From Octopus bimaculoides (Eukaryota), in the NCBI RefSeq assembly GCF_001194135.2, contig NC_068987.1, positions 21,787,161-21,851,160 on the forward strand: a stretch of 64,000 bases of DNA, in the 5' to 3' direction. A model generated the notes under the pieces. The model saw only the letters and a program-made list of their open reading frames with translations, was not told the origin of the DNA and ran no database searches. The first letter of the stretch is position 1, and each line of letters begins with the position of its first letter. A program made the translations under genes and the position numbers. This document shows positions 1 to 12,722 of this stretch, one piece after another.

Positions 1-365
1 TCAGAAGACTGTAAATGAACAACTTTGCTTGTATGATGGGGATGCTTGTTTACAACCAACACATGATGTCTAGACAAAGGTACACAAAGATACACACATA
101 CAACAGGTTTCTTTCAGTTTCTGTCTACTAAATCTGATGACAGTGTGTGTGTGTGCGTGCATGTGCAAGTGTGTATATATAAACACACACACAGCGCAAT
201 AATACTATGCCTTATTCCAACATAAATGTTAATGATATGCCAGTGCATGATATCTTGAGACAGGGATAATTAAAGTCTCAAATGAATGTATATTTCAGTA
301 TGTGTTCATATTAATTATTTGTTGTCAGTAGACATTGATGCACACACATACATATACACAAGCAT

Positions 366-402
<37 letters not shown>

Positions 403-544
403 CACATACACAAACATATATGTGTGTGTAAACAAATATACATACATATATGCAAACAATTACACACACACACATATATTCTTTTTTTTTATAGTTTCAG
501 CTTAGAGCTGCGGCCATGCTGATGCACTGCCGTTTTGCTACACT

Positions 545-978
545 GTTATTACTGAGAGCCTCCTCCAATATGTGGCACCTGGTGAAGAATGGAGTTTGAT
601 GCAGCTACCCTCATTTGCACCTCTTGCTGTGAGGTAGGTTCATCTGGGACCCTCGACAGGAAGAGGTCCAGCTTTGATTTAAAAACCCCTACATCTACTT
701 TGTGCAGGTTCCTCAGGCTCTTTGGGAGAATATTAAAAAGCTGTGGGTCCCTGAAACCCAAACTGTTGTAGTAACTGGTCTTGAAGCGCGATAGCATTGC
801 TGGGATCTTTGGCACTATGCAGTGTCGTCCTGTTCTGGCATTGGTGTAGCTTTCAATGCCAAAATTTGGCACAATTCCTTCCAGGATCTTCCAGATATAT
901 ATTACTGTATACCTCTCCCGCCTTCTCTCCAGGGAGTAGAGTCTTAGCTGTTTCAGCCTTTCCCAGTAGCAACATACA
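545..978 (-). mobile_element. 5'-truncated CR1-like LINE, C-terminus of ORF2
   Basis: Translates YWERLKQLRLYSLERRRERYTVIYIWKILEG...PQLFNILPKSLRN...FKSKLDLFLSRVPD, typical CR1-group C-terminal motifs. Confidence 0.85.
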
Positions 979-1419
979 TATAGTCAGACAAAGAAAGAGA
1001 ACATTGAAAAGACCTGGCTTTAACAAATATTTAATATTAGTGAAAACAATTTGTGGAGATTGGCTGTAGTGTAAGTTGGTTTACAACATATTATATATAT
1101 AAAGCAAATTAATTAATCATTTGGTGCATAATTAACAATGTTTGTTTAGTTCACCATGAATTACCTTTTGTTAATGACTGATGGCATTTAAAAGTTTGAT
1201 TGAGGTTAATGATTAGCTTTGATTGAGGTTAATGATTGGCTTTGATTGTCAGTTGACCCGAACAGGATTTGATATCATATATTAATGAACTTAATGAAAT
1301 TGTTATGGTGAAGCAGCTTAGTTAGTGATGAATTCCTCCACATCAACAACAGTAACCCCTGATAACCACAACACCTGAATACAGGCTTTCACCATTAACA
1401 GTATTGCTTCTCTGGACAT

Positions 1420-1700
1420 CAACACACTAAAACTTCTAAGTCTAGCAGCTGACTTGGTAGAAACGTACAAGATTATCTACTGTCTTTCCATCTACAAATT
1501 TGGACACCTTTTTGAATTCAATACCTCTTCCACACGCAGACATGCTTATAAAATCAAAAAAACCAGCACAACACCCATGACTTTTAGAAACATTTTCCCA
1601 GGTTCAGAATTGTCAAGGCATGGAAGAAAGTATCTGTGCCAATTGTTAGTTATCAGGACATGGCATCCTTCAAAAATTCCATGCTTCCAGAAATTCACCA
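1420..1700 (+). mobile_element. Decayed CR1-like LINE fragment
   Basis: DLVETYKII...LFEFNTSSTRRHAYKIKK, followed by a frameshifted HF..RIVKAW..V...ASFK segment. Confidence 0.65.
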
Positions 1701-1718
1701 ACACTACTCCTGATATGG

Positions 1719-2104
1719 GTGGAGGCACAATGGCCCAGTGCTTAGGGCAGCGGACTCGCGGTCATAGGATCATGGTTTCGATTCCCAGACCGGGCATTGT
1801 GAGTGTTTATTGAGCGAAAACACCTAAAAGCTCCACGAGGCTCCGGCAGGGGATAGTGGCGAACCCTGCTGTACTCTTCCACCACAACTTTCTCTCACTC
1901 TTACTTCCTGTTTCTGTTGTGCCTGTAATTCAAAGGGTCAGCCTTGTCACACTGTGTCACGCTGAATATCCCCGAGAACTACGTTAAGGGTACACGTGTC
2001 TGTGGAGTGCTCAGCCACTTGCACGTTAATTTCACGAGCAGGCTGTTCTGTTGATCGGATCAACTGGAACCCTTGGCGTCGTAACCGACGGAGTGCCAAC
2101 CAAC
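1719..2104 (+). mobile_element. tRNA-derived SINE family A, full length
   Basis: tRNA(Arg)-like head with A box TGGCCCAGTG and B box GGTTTCGATTCC; highly similar to nine other copies; CAA-type tail. Confidence 0.9.
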
Positions 2105-2775
2105 GTGTTAGTGCTCCAAGTTCCCCTACAACTTCAGGGATGACATTTACTCTCTTCATTGCCCACACTCTTGCAATTTTTTTCTTATTTTTTTCTGGAT
2201 ACGGTGTCTTGATAAAAATACTGGTAATTGTGATACCTCTGCATGAGAGTAATGGTATAAACGAGGATGGAACTACAGGTGATGAGCTTTCACTCGGCAG
2301 ATGCCTTACAGGTGACCAGCACAGGCCCAGTTATCATTATATGGCTGCCAGAACAAAATGGCCTAACACTGATGAATTATTATTATTCATTTCTTTCTTC
2401 TCATCCTTTATGTAAATAGCTACACAAATTGTTGTCTGTTCTTGTAACGTCTCCTCATCTATACCCCTGTGGCTAATAAAATTATTACTATTATTATTAT
2501 TATTGTTACTACTACTACCCTTTCATGTCTGTTGAAATAATCTTCGTTTCAATTAATTTTGAAAATAATGGAGAATTTAGTGAAATAGCTAATTACCAAA
2601 CTGATGTTTGGAATATAAATTAATATGAAATTTTGATGGAAGGTTTTAATTTAAATCAGTTTATAACAAGAAGTTTGTATCAAAGGACCAACGGTGGAGT
2701 GAGGTGTATTAAAAGTGTTACACGACAAGAAACAACACTAGTAGCCAAATGTCCCTCAGATTATAGCCAATCATT

Positions 2776-2942
2776 CACTAGCATAGCTAGAGGGAGAGGC
2801 AGAAGGGACAGTCATGCCCCAGGTGGTGCTTTTATGGGGGCAGAACCAGTTTTGGGTCTGCTGTAGGCAATATGTATTTTTTGTGGGGGCCTGGGAGTAG
2901 CAAACTACCCCCCCAGCAGCCCACATTCTAGCTATGTTGGTG
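2776..2942. mobile_element. Possible decayed GC-rich MITE
   Basis: Imperfect 15-bp terminal inverted repeats cactagcatagctag / ctagctatgttggtg; no clear TSD. Confidence 0.35.
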
Positions 2943-3473
2943 CAATCATTTTAAATAACAGAAGCATATATTGAATTATGTCGCTCCTAATATTAAAAAA
3001 AAATGACAGGATGGTCATTGCTGGGATGTAATTGATCAATGGTCTATTTGCTCAAGGCTCACTTGTGGCAAAAAAAAAAAAAAAAAAATGCAGCAACGAC
3101 TACAAACAATAGCAAGGAACAATATGAAACTGAGCCAAATAGGGAGCCTATAGGTAATCAATTTGCTAGAAATAGCAGTCAAATTTCTGTCAAGGTAGTA
3201 TCTTTGCTTGCTTAAAAAACGAGAAGGAGATATAGCATATTAAGGATAATGTAGTCCTGTGTACATTAACCCTTAAAAGAAGATTAGATGATCCTAGACT
3301 GAATCTTTTTGATCACAGATCTGCTTAATCAGGATTAACATCAAGCTAAATAACAACATCAAAAGCTACTAGCAACCATCACAACCACCTCCATGAACAA
3401 TTACAAAAAATAACACAAACAAGAAGCTCACAAACTAAAACAATTATTAGAAAACATTATTATTATCATTGTC

Positions 3474-3523
<50 letters not shown>

Positions 3524-4217
3524 ATCTACCCCCTCTTCCATCCTAAATAATCAATTTTACCGATATTTTTCTCAATTTTGATAATTTATTTTCACTTCTG
3601 TTTTAATAACAATTATTGATTAGAGCACAATAATTATCTGTGTATGTGAGTGTATAACACATTCCAGAGTAACTGATGTATACACATAGACAAATGTATA
3701 CATAAACAGAGGCAAATGCACACAGGCATGAATAGACATATACATACACACATATATACAATATACATAAACACACAAAAATGCATGAGCATACATATAA
3801 ATACATAGAGGTATGCAGATAACATACACAAACACAGAGAAGTATATAATGACATAAACATACATATTAAGGCACACAAGCACATATAAATACATGCATG
3901 TTTAATTAAATTATAGTTATAATTGTTTCCAACTTTTATCATAGATACAAGGGATCACACAGTTTGGGGAAGGGCAGAGAAAATGAGCAATTGATTATAA
4001 TGATCTTAGTATATGACTGGTACCTTATTTTATCAACCCTGGAAGGAAAAAATGGTAAATTGAAATCTGGTGGAATTCAAATTTGGTATCTAAAGGAAAG
4101 CAATTTAATACCACAGATAATTCTAACTGTGGGTCTAATACAGGGCTGACCAACCTAAGGTCCACAGACTTTTATCATGCAGCCTGCTTGATACTTTCTT
4201 GAAATGGGTTTATTTAA

Positions 4218-4437
4218 CCCTTTTGTTACCAACCCGGCTGAAACTGGCTCTGATTCTGAGTACAAATGTCTTGTTTTCATAAGTTTTGAATTAAAATCTT
4301 TCACCAAACATTAGCCTCAATTTATGTTCCTAACACTAACTAAATGATAACTAAGTTATTTTACTAAATTCTTTGTTATATTTAAAGTAATTGAAAGAAA
4401 CACAGGACATCTCAAAATAAATACAGTAACGAAAGGG
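4218..4437. mobile_element. piggyBac-like MITE family 1
   Basis: TTAA on both sides (4214-4217, 4438-4441), 12-bp TIR ccctttYgttac; near-identical copy at 45211-45432. Confidence 0.85.
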
Positions 4438-5004
4438 TTAAACAAACATTTAAAAAATCTTATCAAAAATTAAAGACTGTGATGAGAAGTAAGGAAGAAA
4501 GATACCACTGATTTTGCAATGATAATATTTCATGTTGAATCAACCATCATTCATTCATTATTGTAATAATAGCATGAGAAAGCAAAATGCGGCCCTCAAA
4601 AAACTTTCTGTGATTAAAGTGGTCCGCAATGTAATTCGAGTTAGCCAGGCCTGGTCTAATAACTCTGCCACTGTACCTTAATCACCATCATTTTAATGTA
4701 TATGTTTCCATGCTTGAATGAGTCAAACGAAAGTATGTTGAGGGAGCGCTTTTCTTTTTAATAGCAGGATGTCCTTCCTGTCACCAACTTTCACTTGTTT
4801 TGTAGCAAGGTAATAGTCTCCCAGTCTATCAAACTACAAATGCCCTGGACATGTTTTATGTGGAAAACTGAAAACGTAGAGCATCAGTTGAATGAGGCCT
4901 GGGCATGCTTTCACAATGGACTACAAGCAAATGACACTGTCAAGAAGCCATTGTTTACAAACCAGTGAATGTGAGGAAAATTTGAAATCAAACAAACACA
5001 CACA

Positions 5005-5240
5005 TCATCATCATCATCATCATCATCATAGTTTAACGTCCGCTTTCCACGCTAGCATGGGTTGGACGATTTTGACTGAGCACTGGTGAACCAGATGGCT
5101 ACACCAGGCTCCAATCTGATTTGGCAGAGTTTCTACAGTTGGATGCCCTTCCTAACGCCAACCACTCTGAGAGTGTAGTGGGTGCTTTTACGTGCCACCG
5201 GCACGAAGGCCAGTCAGGCGGTACTGGCAACGGCCATGCA
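5005..5240 (-). mobile_element. Family D retroelement 3' end (RTE-type tail) with (GAT)n tail
   Basis: tttaacgtccgctttcca...ggatgcccttcctaacgccaacc motif recurs more than 10 times in the window. Confidence 0.75.
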
Positions 5241-5708
5241 CATACATTGCAAATTTTCCTGTTGTAGACAACAAATGAGGGTTCTGCAATTCCTAGCTAA
5301 ACAACCTGCACAAATTGACTTGTTTATTGTGATCGAATATTTGTGCAATACATGAGCTCATTCTCTATCAAATTGATATTGCCTACACAGGTGCAGCATG
5401 CCACATATCAGATGTTGAAGTGATTGCAAAATGATGTGAAATGAAGTCTTTTGGTTAAAAAGCCCAGATTCCATTGCATCCAAGCCAATTCATGCCAGCA
5501 TGAAACATGGACACTACATGATAATATTAATAATGATGATATATACAAGGGCTTCTTTCAATTTCCCATTTACCAAATCCACTTAGAATGCTTTGGTTGG
5601 CTTGGGGTTAAAGCAGAAAACATCTGCTCAAGGTACCATGCAGTGATACTGAACCCAAAACAAAGTCGTCAGGTTTATCCATCTCTGTACATAATAATAA
5701 AAATAATA

Positions 5709-5922
5709 CTTTCTACTATAGGCACAAGGCCTGAAATTTGGGGGAGGGGAATAGTCAATTACATCAACCCCAGTATTCAATTAGTACTTATTCTATCGAC
5801 CCTGAGAGGATGAAAGGCATAGTGGACCTCAGCAGAATTTGAACTCAGAATGTAAAGACAGGTGAAATACCACTAAGCATTTTGCCCAGCATCCTAATGA
5901 TTCTGCCAGCTTGCTGCCTTGC

Positions 5923-5993
<71 letters not shown>

Positions 5994-6120
5994 CCTTTCT
6001 ACTAAATGCACAAGGCCTAAAATTTTGGGGGCAGGGACTAATCAATTACATTGACCCCAGTGTTTCCACTGGTATTTAATTTATTAACCCTGAAGGGATG
6101 AAAGGCTAAGTCAACCTCGG
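5709..6120 (-). mobile_element. Two tandem SINE family E copies separated by a long (AAT)n tail
   Basis: tRNA-like head and ttcatccttt..gggtcgataaa core; (AAT)n at about 5924-5992. Confidence 0.8.
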
Positions 6121-7139
6121 AATAATAATAATGATTTGTTTTATTGGCCACACGGGTCCAAGACAGTGAGTGCAATATCAAAGGGAGAAATACAATGCAC
6201 AAAATGTAGGGTTTACACTGATGAAAAGGAAAACAACATCAACAACAATTTCTTTGCTTAGCCGCAAGGGCCCAAGATGTTGTGGAGAGAGTATAAATGG
6301 AAGCTGCAAAAGGGGACTCAAACAAGAAACAGGAGAAAGATTTGACAAGAATTAAAAATAACAACATCAAATAAAATATCAAAAAATAAAATTGTATATA
6401 TATGTGTGTGTGTTTGTATGTATAGTTATATGTGTATATATGCATAACTGTAAGAGAGAGTGTATACATAGATGTGCATGTGTATGTGTGTGTGTGTGTG
6501 CATATGCAAGGGTGAGGAAGTGTTTAACGAAGTAATCATTATCCTTATCATTATTATTATTATTTATAGTATATTGTTCTTTAAATATGCTCTCTCATTC
6601 ACAAAAGTGGTGGTAGTAATACTAATGGTGGGAGTGGTGGTGGAGGTTACAATTATAGAAGTGGGGTGAAGGTCAAAAGGTTACAAAAAGCAGAAGCTAA
6701 GTAAAAAAAAAAAAATTAAAATTAAAAACAAATAAAAACTGCAGAGTATTAAATATAGCAGTACAATATAACAACAACTATTGACATTACTACGACACAA
6801 AGAGATCTACTAATTATCTTTAGTATAAAAAAAGTAGAACTACAATTAACAACAACAACAACAACAACAACAACAATAGCAACCACTACTGAGAAGCGAA
6901 GGTGCAAGATTTTAAATAGCAGTGTGGGTTTTCAGTACTGAAGTGATGACAAGCCTTACCTCGGAAAACCACCACAGAGCGTGAGCCATAGAAGATGAAA
7001 TACCCTGTGGTCAACAAGGGTGACAACAGCAGCAACGGCAACAACAACAGCAGCACCGACAGCAGCAGTCGCAGAAGAAGAAGAAGAAGAAGGAGAAGGT
7101 AAACAGGAAGAAGGAATGTATGTTGTTCGTCTACAGTTT

Positions 7140-7690
7140 GAGGGTTTAGGAAGTGGGCTATTTGTGGGTCAATCATGGGTCAATCGTGGATTGATTGTGG
7201 GAGAGTCATGGGTTTATGGAGGGTTATTTGTGGGTTGGTTATGGGTCAATTATTGGTGAATTGTGGGTTACTTTTGAGTTGATTGTGGGTCGAATGTGGG
7301 TTACTTGTGGGGTTGGTTGTGGAATATTTGTTGGTTCACTGTGGGCCAACTGCAGGTTGCCTGTGGGTTATTTGATGGTTGATTATGAGTTATGTATGGG
7401 TTGATTGTTGGTTAGCTGTGGGTTGATTGTGGGATATTAGGGAGAGGGATCGAAAATGGATTGATTGTGGATTACTTATGTATTGATTGTAAATTATTTA
7501 TGGATTGCTTGTAGATTATTCATGGGTTGGTTGTGAGTTACCTGTGGGTTGACTGATGATAAATTGTTGATAAATAATTGTGGGTTGACTGATGATAAAT
7601 TGAGTCACTTGTGGGATATTTGCATTGACTGTGTGTAATTATGGGTTACTTGTGAACTGATTGTTGGTTACTCATATCTGTTCACTGTCT
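7140..7690. repeat. Degenerate G/T-rich minisatellite (about 11-bp gggttgattgt-like unit)
   Basis: Dozens of ttgtgggtt(g/a) variants with strong strand asymmetry. Confidence 0.8.
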
Positions 7691-8542
7691 AGCATTTTTT
7701 TTATAGCCGAGTTTGGATTTTCCTTCTTTTAGGTTATTTGTTGGCTCTTGAAGGGTTTGTGTTAGCTGTATTTCTTCTAATTCTTGCATGAATTGTTGTG
7801 GGATGACTTAGGCTTGGTGAGGGTTGTTTAGGGGTTTATTTAGGCTTACATGTGTGTTGTTGGCCGTTTTGTAAAATGTGGCAGTTTGAGTATGTCACAA
7901 CCTCTGTTATTTTGATTCTTGCTCGGTGGTTGTGAGACAGTATAGCTAAATGGTTATGGTGCTGAGATTTGGATAAACACATAGTTTGTGTATTCAAACC
8001 TAACCACTGCCACTGTAATGTATCATTGCATAAAATTGGCTGTACTATCTTCAGAAAGTGGGAATAGAAGATAGACCCAGTCCAAAGTAGAACAGATTCA
8101 TGCAAAAGTGTATATTAGTAGACCGGTTTAATCCAAGCCAATGTTTTGAGGAAAAAGTGTAGAATTTGCACGCAAGATGTGAATAAATTACTACAAAACA
8201 AAAATAAAGCAACTGGTTCAACTTTTGTTAATAGTTGATTCCATCTAGTTCTGCTTCAACCAACATGTTCTAATATGGCACTAGAGAATTGATAAGTAAG
8301 GAAGCCACTGTATCATGGTAATAGTTCTACCTTTTATCTTCTACAGCAGGTTCTAAGCACTGTAATTTCCCACATGACAAAGAATTGCATTGGTCAGCCA
8401 GTTCCAAAACACATGATACTCCAAGAACCATATTAATCTTGTTTACATTCATTTTGAAGGAATTGAGGAATTCTCTAATGTAAGTGAGAGAAACAATAAC
8501 CTCTTCATCTATAATTAATTTCCGTTCTGTAATTGAATCACT

Positions 8543-8900
8543 GTGGAGGCGCAATGACCCAGTGGTTAGGGCAGCGGACTCGCGGTCGGAGGATCACGGT
8601 TTTGATTCCTAGACCGGGCGTTGTGTGTGTTTATTGAATGAAACACCTAAGCTCCACGAGGCTCCAGCAGGGGGTGGTGGCGACCCCCTGTTGTACTTTT
8701 TCGCCCCCAACTTTCTCTCACTCTTTCTTCCTGTTTCTTGAGTAACGCTGCGATGGACTGGCGTCCTGTCCAGCNNNNNNNNNNNNNNNNNNNNNNNNNN
8801 NNNNNNNNNNNNNNNNNNNNNNNNNNNNNNNNNNNNNNNNNNNNNNNNNNNNNNNNNNNNNNNNNNNNNNNNNNNNNNNNNNNNNNNNNNNNGCGAGATA
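8543..8900 (+). mobile_element. Chimeric SINE: family A head plus family B 3' domain (partly in a gap)
   Basis: First ~185 bp match family A, then gagtaacgctgcgatggactggcgtcctgtccagc as in the family B copy at 50173; 10-bp TSD aattgaatca at 8531-8540 and 8901-8910. Confidence 0.8.
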
Positions 8901-10188
8901 AATTGAATCATTACAGGACTGGGCATTTTTAACTAGGAAAACTTTCAATGGGACATTAATAGTTAGTTTCTATTATCAGTATGTTAGGTGTACGCATAGA
9001 GTGGATGACCAACATTTTCAAAGAACACTTAAATGATCTATTCTTTACAATCCAGGACGACCCTATACCACAGCAGATAATGATGACACCAACATCAAAC
9101 TGACTGAACTGTAAGTTTACAGCTGAAATACTCCAGACAATATTGCCCCAGCATGACCACAGAAACCAGAAAAACTAAAGCCATCTTGTCTTTCTATATG
9201 TCCATGGTTACATTTACTTTGTCATTTTTTTCTTTAAAATGACAGAGAATGATTTCAGAGTGATTTAGCTGATATTTCTAGCTGTGAAGGCAACTATGTA
9301 GTGGTCTCTCATTGGGTTGTCATTAAACAGATTAAACAATAATGTAAGAAACTCCATAGTTGACAGCAAAAGTTTCTTCCTCAGTTTCAAGGTTAGTTTT
9401 TGTTCAACATATTAGTGTTACATGCAGGTGTTTACCAAGCAAGCATGGCTACATGCGGTATATATAAAACTAGGTTAATTGCAGGTAATAACAACAAAGA
9501 AGTTCAAAAGCCAGCATTGATAAGATGGAATAGTAATCACGCTGAGGTGTATCCAGTGACCTGGTAAGTAACAGATACATAGTTCAAATCATGCCAGGGA
9601 GCCTATTTTTCAGTCTTATCTGAAGCTGTTTTTTTTTTTGTTTTGTTTTGTATTATTTTAATAGCTTAGTTAGAAGAGGAAGGGATAGCAAACATGACCC
9701 TTTTCAGGGCTCGTGAGCCTTATGGGAAGAAGGGAAGAAGTTATCCAAAGATTAAAACCTGACCCAAATGCTTGCAACAGAGTGGAGCCTGGTAAAGACA
9801 CCTAAAGTGCTAGGCAAGGGCAATAAATTTTGTCTACCAACCAAAAATAGGAATAATCCCTTCAGTGGGCTTCCACACAGTTTCCATCACCCAATTATCA
9901 TTCCTATAGCCTTGGTTTACTTTCACCCAATGTTATAGCAGAAAACACTTGCTTGCCAAATATGCCCTAAAGTAGGATTGAACCTGGAATCATGTAGTTT
10001 CTAAGCAAATATCTGAAACACACAAGCATCCACACCTGAACTTATGTTTAATGTAAATATCATTTACATTAAAACCTTAGCAGTTAATTTGTAATTTGAA
10101 TTATGGGGTTATTTTTCACTGCATACTGTGAACCAACATGGGACCCACTGCTATGTTGGCCATTAACAGAATGTCAAACAATAAATAT

Positions 10189-10581
10189 TTGTTTATTGTT
10201 GGCACTCCGTCGCTTACGATGTCGAGGGTTCCAGTTGATCCGATCAACGGAACAGCCTGCTCATGAAATTAACGTGCAAGTGGCTGAGCACTCCACAGAC
10301 ACGTGTACCCTTAACGTAGTTCTCAGGGGATATTCAGTGTGACACAGTGTGACAAAGCTGACCCTTTGAATGACAGGCACAACAGAAACAGGAAGTAAGA
10401 GTGAGAGAAAGTTGTGGTGAAAGAGTACAGCAGGGTTCGCCACCATCCCCTGCCGGAGCCTCGTGGAGCTTTAGGTGTTTTCGGTCAATAAACACTCACA
10501 ACGCCCAGTCTGGGAATCGAAACCGCGATTCTATGACCGCGAGTCCACTGCCCTAACCACTGGGCCATTGCGCCTCCACGC
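10189..10581 (-). mobile_element. SINE family A, full length
   Basis: Matches family A; 14-bp TSD caaacaataaatat at 10175-10188 and 10582-10595. Confidence 0.92.
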
Positions 10582-10681
10582 CAAACAATAAATATATTCT
10601 TTTAGCTTCATCAGTGGATCAGTTTTTCCTCTTTTCTGTCTCACATATTAACTCTATATTGGCTAATGTCTTTGATATTAA

Positions 10682-10891
10682 CCTTATTGATACAAACCTG
10701 CCTAATTCTAAGACACAAAGTTCATATTTTGAAGTGATCTAAATTAAAGTCTTCCATAAAAATTTCATGTTAATTAAGTTTTAAACACCAACTTTGAAAT
10801 GACAAAATTATTTTGCTAATTCTTCATTATTTTCAAAACTAATTGCAACAAAAGCAATATATATTTCAACATTCATATGATCACAAAAGGG
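10682..10891. mobile_element. Decayed piggyBac-like MITE related to family 1
   Basis: ttaa-cctt start, aaaggg-ctaa end, interior similar to 4218-4437. Confidence 0.5.
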
Positions 10892-11365
10892 CTAACATCA
10901 TTTTATCTGGCTTCATTTTTATGTTTGTTTTTCCATGCTTAGTAAAGAGCTATGATAGAAGATGCTTGCCCTAAATACTGCACAGTAGGACTGAACCTGA
11001 AACCACATGGTTGCAAAACGATCTTAACAGTTATACAACATATAATATAAGCAGCAATACTATTGCTTTGTAAAAATGCAAAACCTTGTTCTATTTTAAT
11101 ATTATATCGCAGTTTTCAGACCATTAACCTCATAATGTAGAGGTATATATTTACAATATATACACCTACAATACATTCCAATAGGTTCTACCTCCATACA
11201 AGTCTAATAAGTACAAAGAATGGAATGCAGAGTTTGATCTCAGTGGAATTTGAACTCGAAACATGAAGCTGGTAGAAATGCTGTTAAGCATTTTGTCCAG
11301 CATGCTAATGATTCTGCCAGCACAGCACCACCACCATAATAATAATAATAATAATGATAATCATC

Positions 11366-11640
11366 ATCATCATCGTCGTTTAACGTCCGCTTTCCATGCT
11401 AGCATGGGTTGGACGATTTGACTGAGGACTGGTGAACCAGGTGGCGACACCAGGCTCCAATCTGATTTGGCAGAGTTTCTACAGCTGGATGCCCTTCCTA
11501 ACGCCAACCACTCCGAGAGTGTAGTGGATGCTTTTATGTGCAACCGGCACGAGGGCCAGTCAGGCGGGTACTGGCGATGGCCATGCTCGAAATGGTGTAT
11601 TTTACGTGTCACCTGCACAGGAGCCAGTCCAGCGGCACTA
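11366..11640 (-). mobile_element. Family D retroelement 3' end
   Basis: Close match to 5005-5240 and 62611-63020. Confidence 0.75.
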
Positions 11641-11642
11641 TC

Positions 11643-11677
<35 letters not shown>

Positions 11678-11873
11678 CCTTTCTACTAAAGGCACAAGGC
11701 TTGAAATTTTTGGGGAGGGGGGTCTAGTCAATTACATCGACCCCAGGGTTCTATTGGTACTTAATTTATCGACCCCCAAAAGGATGAAAAGCAAAGTCGA
11801 TCTCGGTGGAATCTGAACTCGGAATGTAAAGATGGACAAAATGCCGCTAAGCATTTTGCCAAGTGTGCTAATG
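11678..11873 (-). mobile_element. SINE family E (head runs into gap)
   Basis: Family E body with (AAT)n tail at about 11644-11677. Confidence 0.8.
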
Positions 11874-12360
11874 NNNNNNNNNNNNNNNNNNNNNNNNNNN
11901 NNNNNNNNNNNNNNNNNNNNNNNNNNNNNNNNNNNNNNNNNNNNNNNNNNNNNNNNNNNNNNNNNNNNNNNNNNNNNNNNNNNNNNNNNNNNNNNNNNNN
12001 NNNNNNNNNNNNNNNNNNNNNNNNNNNNNNNNNNNNNNNNNNNNNNNNNNNNNNNNNNNNNNNNNNNNNNNNNNNNNNNNNNNNNNNNNNNNNNNNNNNN
12101 NNNNNNNNNNNNNNNNNNNNNNNNNNNNNNNNNNNNNNNNNNNNNNNNNNNNNNNNNNNNNNNNNNNNNNNNNNNNNNNNNNNNNNNNNNNNNNNNNNNN
12201 NNNNNNNNNNNNNNNNNNNNNNNNNNNNNNNNNNNNNNNNNNNNNNNNNNNNNNNNNNNNNNNNNNNNNNNNNNNNNNNNNNNNNNNNNNNNNNNNNNNN
12301 NNNNNNNNNNNNNNNNNNNNNNNNNNNNNNNNNNNNNNNNNNNNNNNNNNNNNNNNNNNN

Positions 12361-12722
12361 GACGTCAAGGGTTCCAGTTGATCCGATCAACGGAACAGCC
12401 TGCTTGTGAAATTAACATGCAAGTGGCTGAGCACTCCACAGACACGTGTACCCTTAACGTAGTTCTCAGGGGATATTCAGCGTGACACAGTGTGACAAGG
12501 CTGACCCTTTGAATTACAGGCACAACAGAAACAGGAAGTAAGAGTGAGAGAAAGTTGTGGTGGAAGAGTACAGCAGGGTTCGCCACCATCCCCTGCCGGA
12601 GCCTCATGGAGCTTTAGGTGTTTTCGCTCAATAAACACTCACAACGCCCGGTCTGAGAATTGAAACTGTGATCCTATGACCGCGAGTCCGCTGCCCTAAT
12701 CACTGGGCCATTGTGCCTCCAC
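12361..12722 (-). mobile_element. SINE family A (tail in gap)
   Basis: Matches family A. Confidence 0.9.

Noticed and set aside
1719-1790. tRNA-like sequences at SINE heads
   Set aside because: They are Pol III heads of multi-copy SINEs without a complete cloverleaf; not tRNA genes.
8331-8526. 196-nt AG/GT-bounded open segment in the phase-1 frame (ERKLIIDEEVIV...)
   Set aside because: No resemblance to the expected pre-TBC exon, it ends in phase 2 rather than 1, and the donor (gtagaa) is weak.
11424-11450. CUGAGGA...GAA(A)C within family D as a possible hammerhead
   Set aside because: Only 5 nt for stem II, no stem I complementarity and no NUH triplet.
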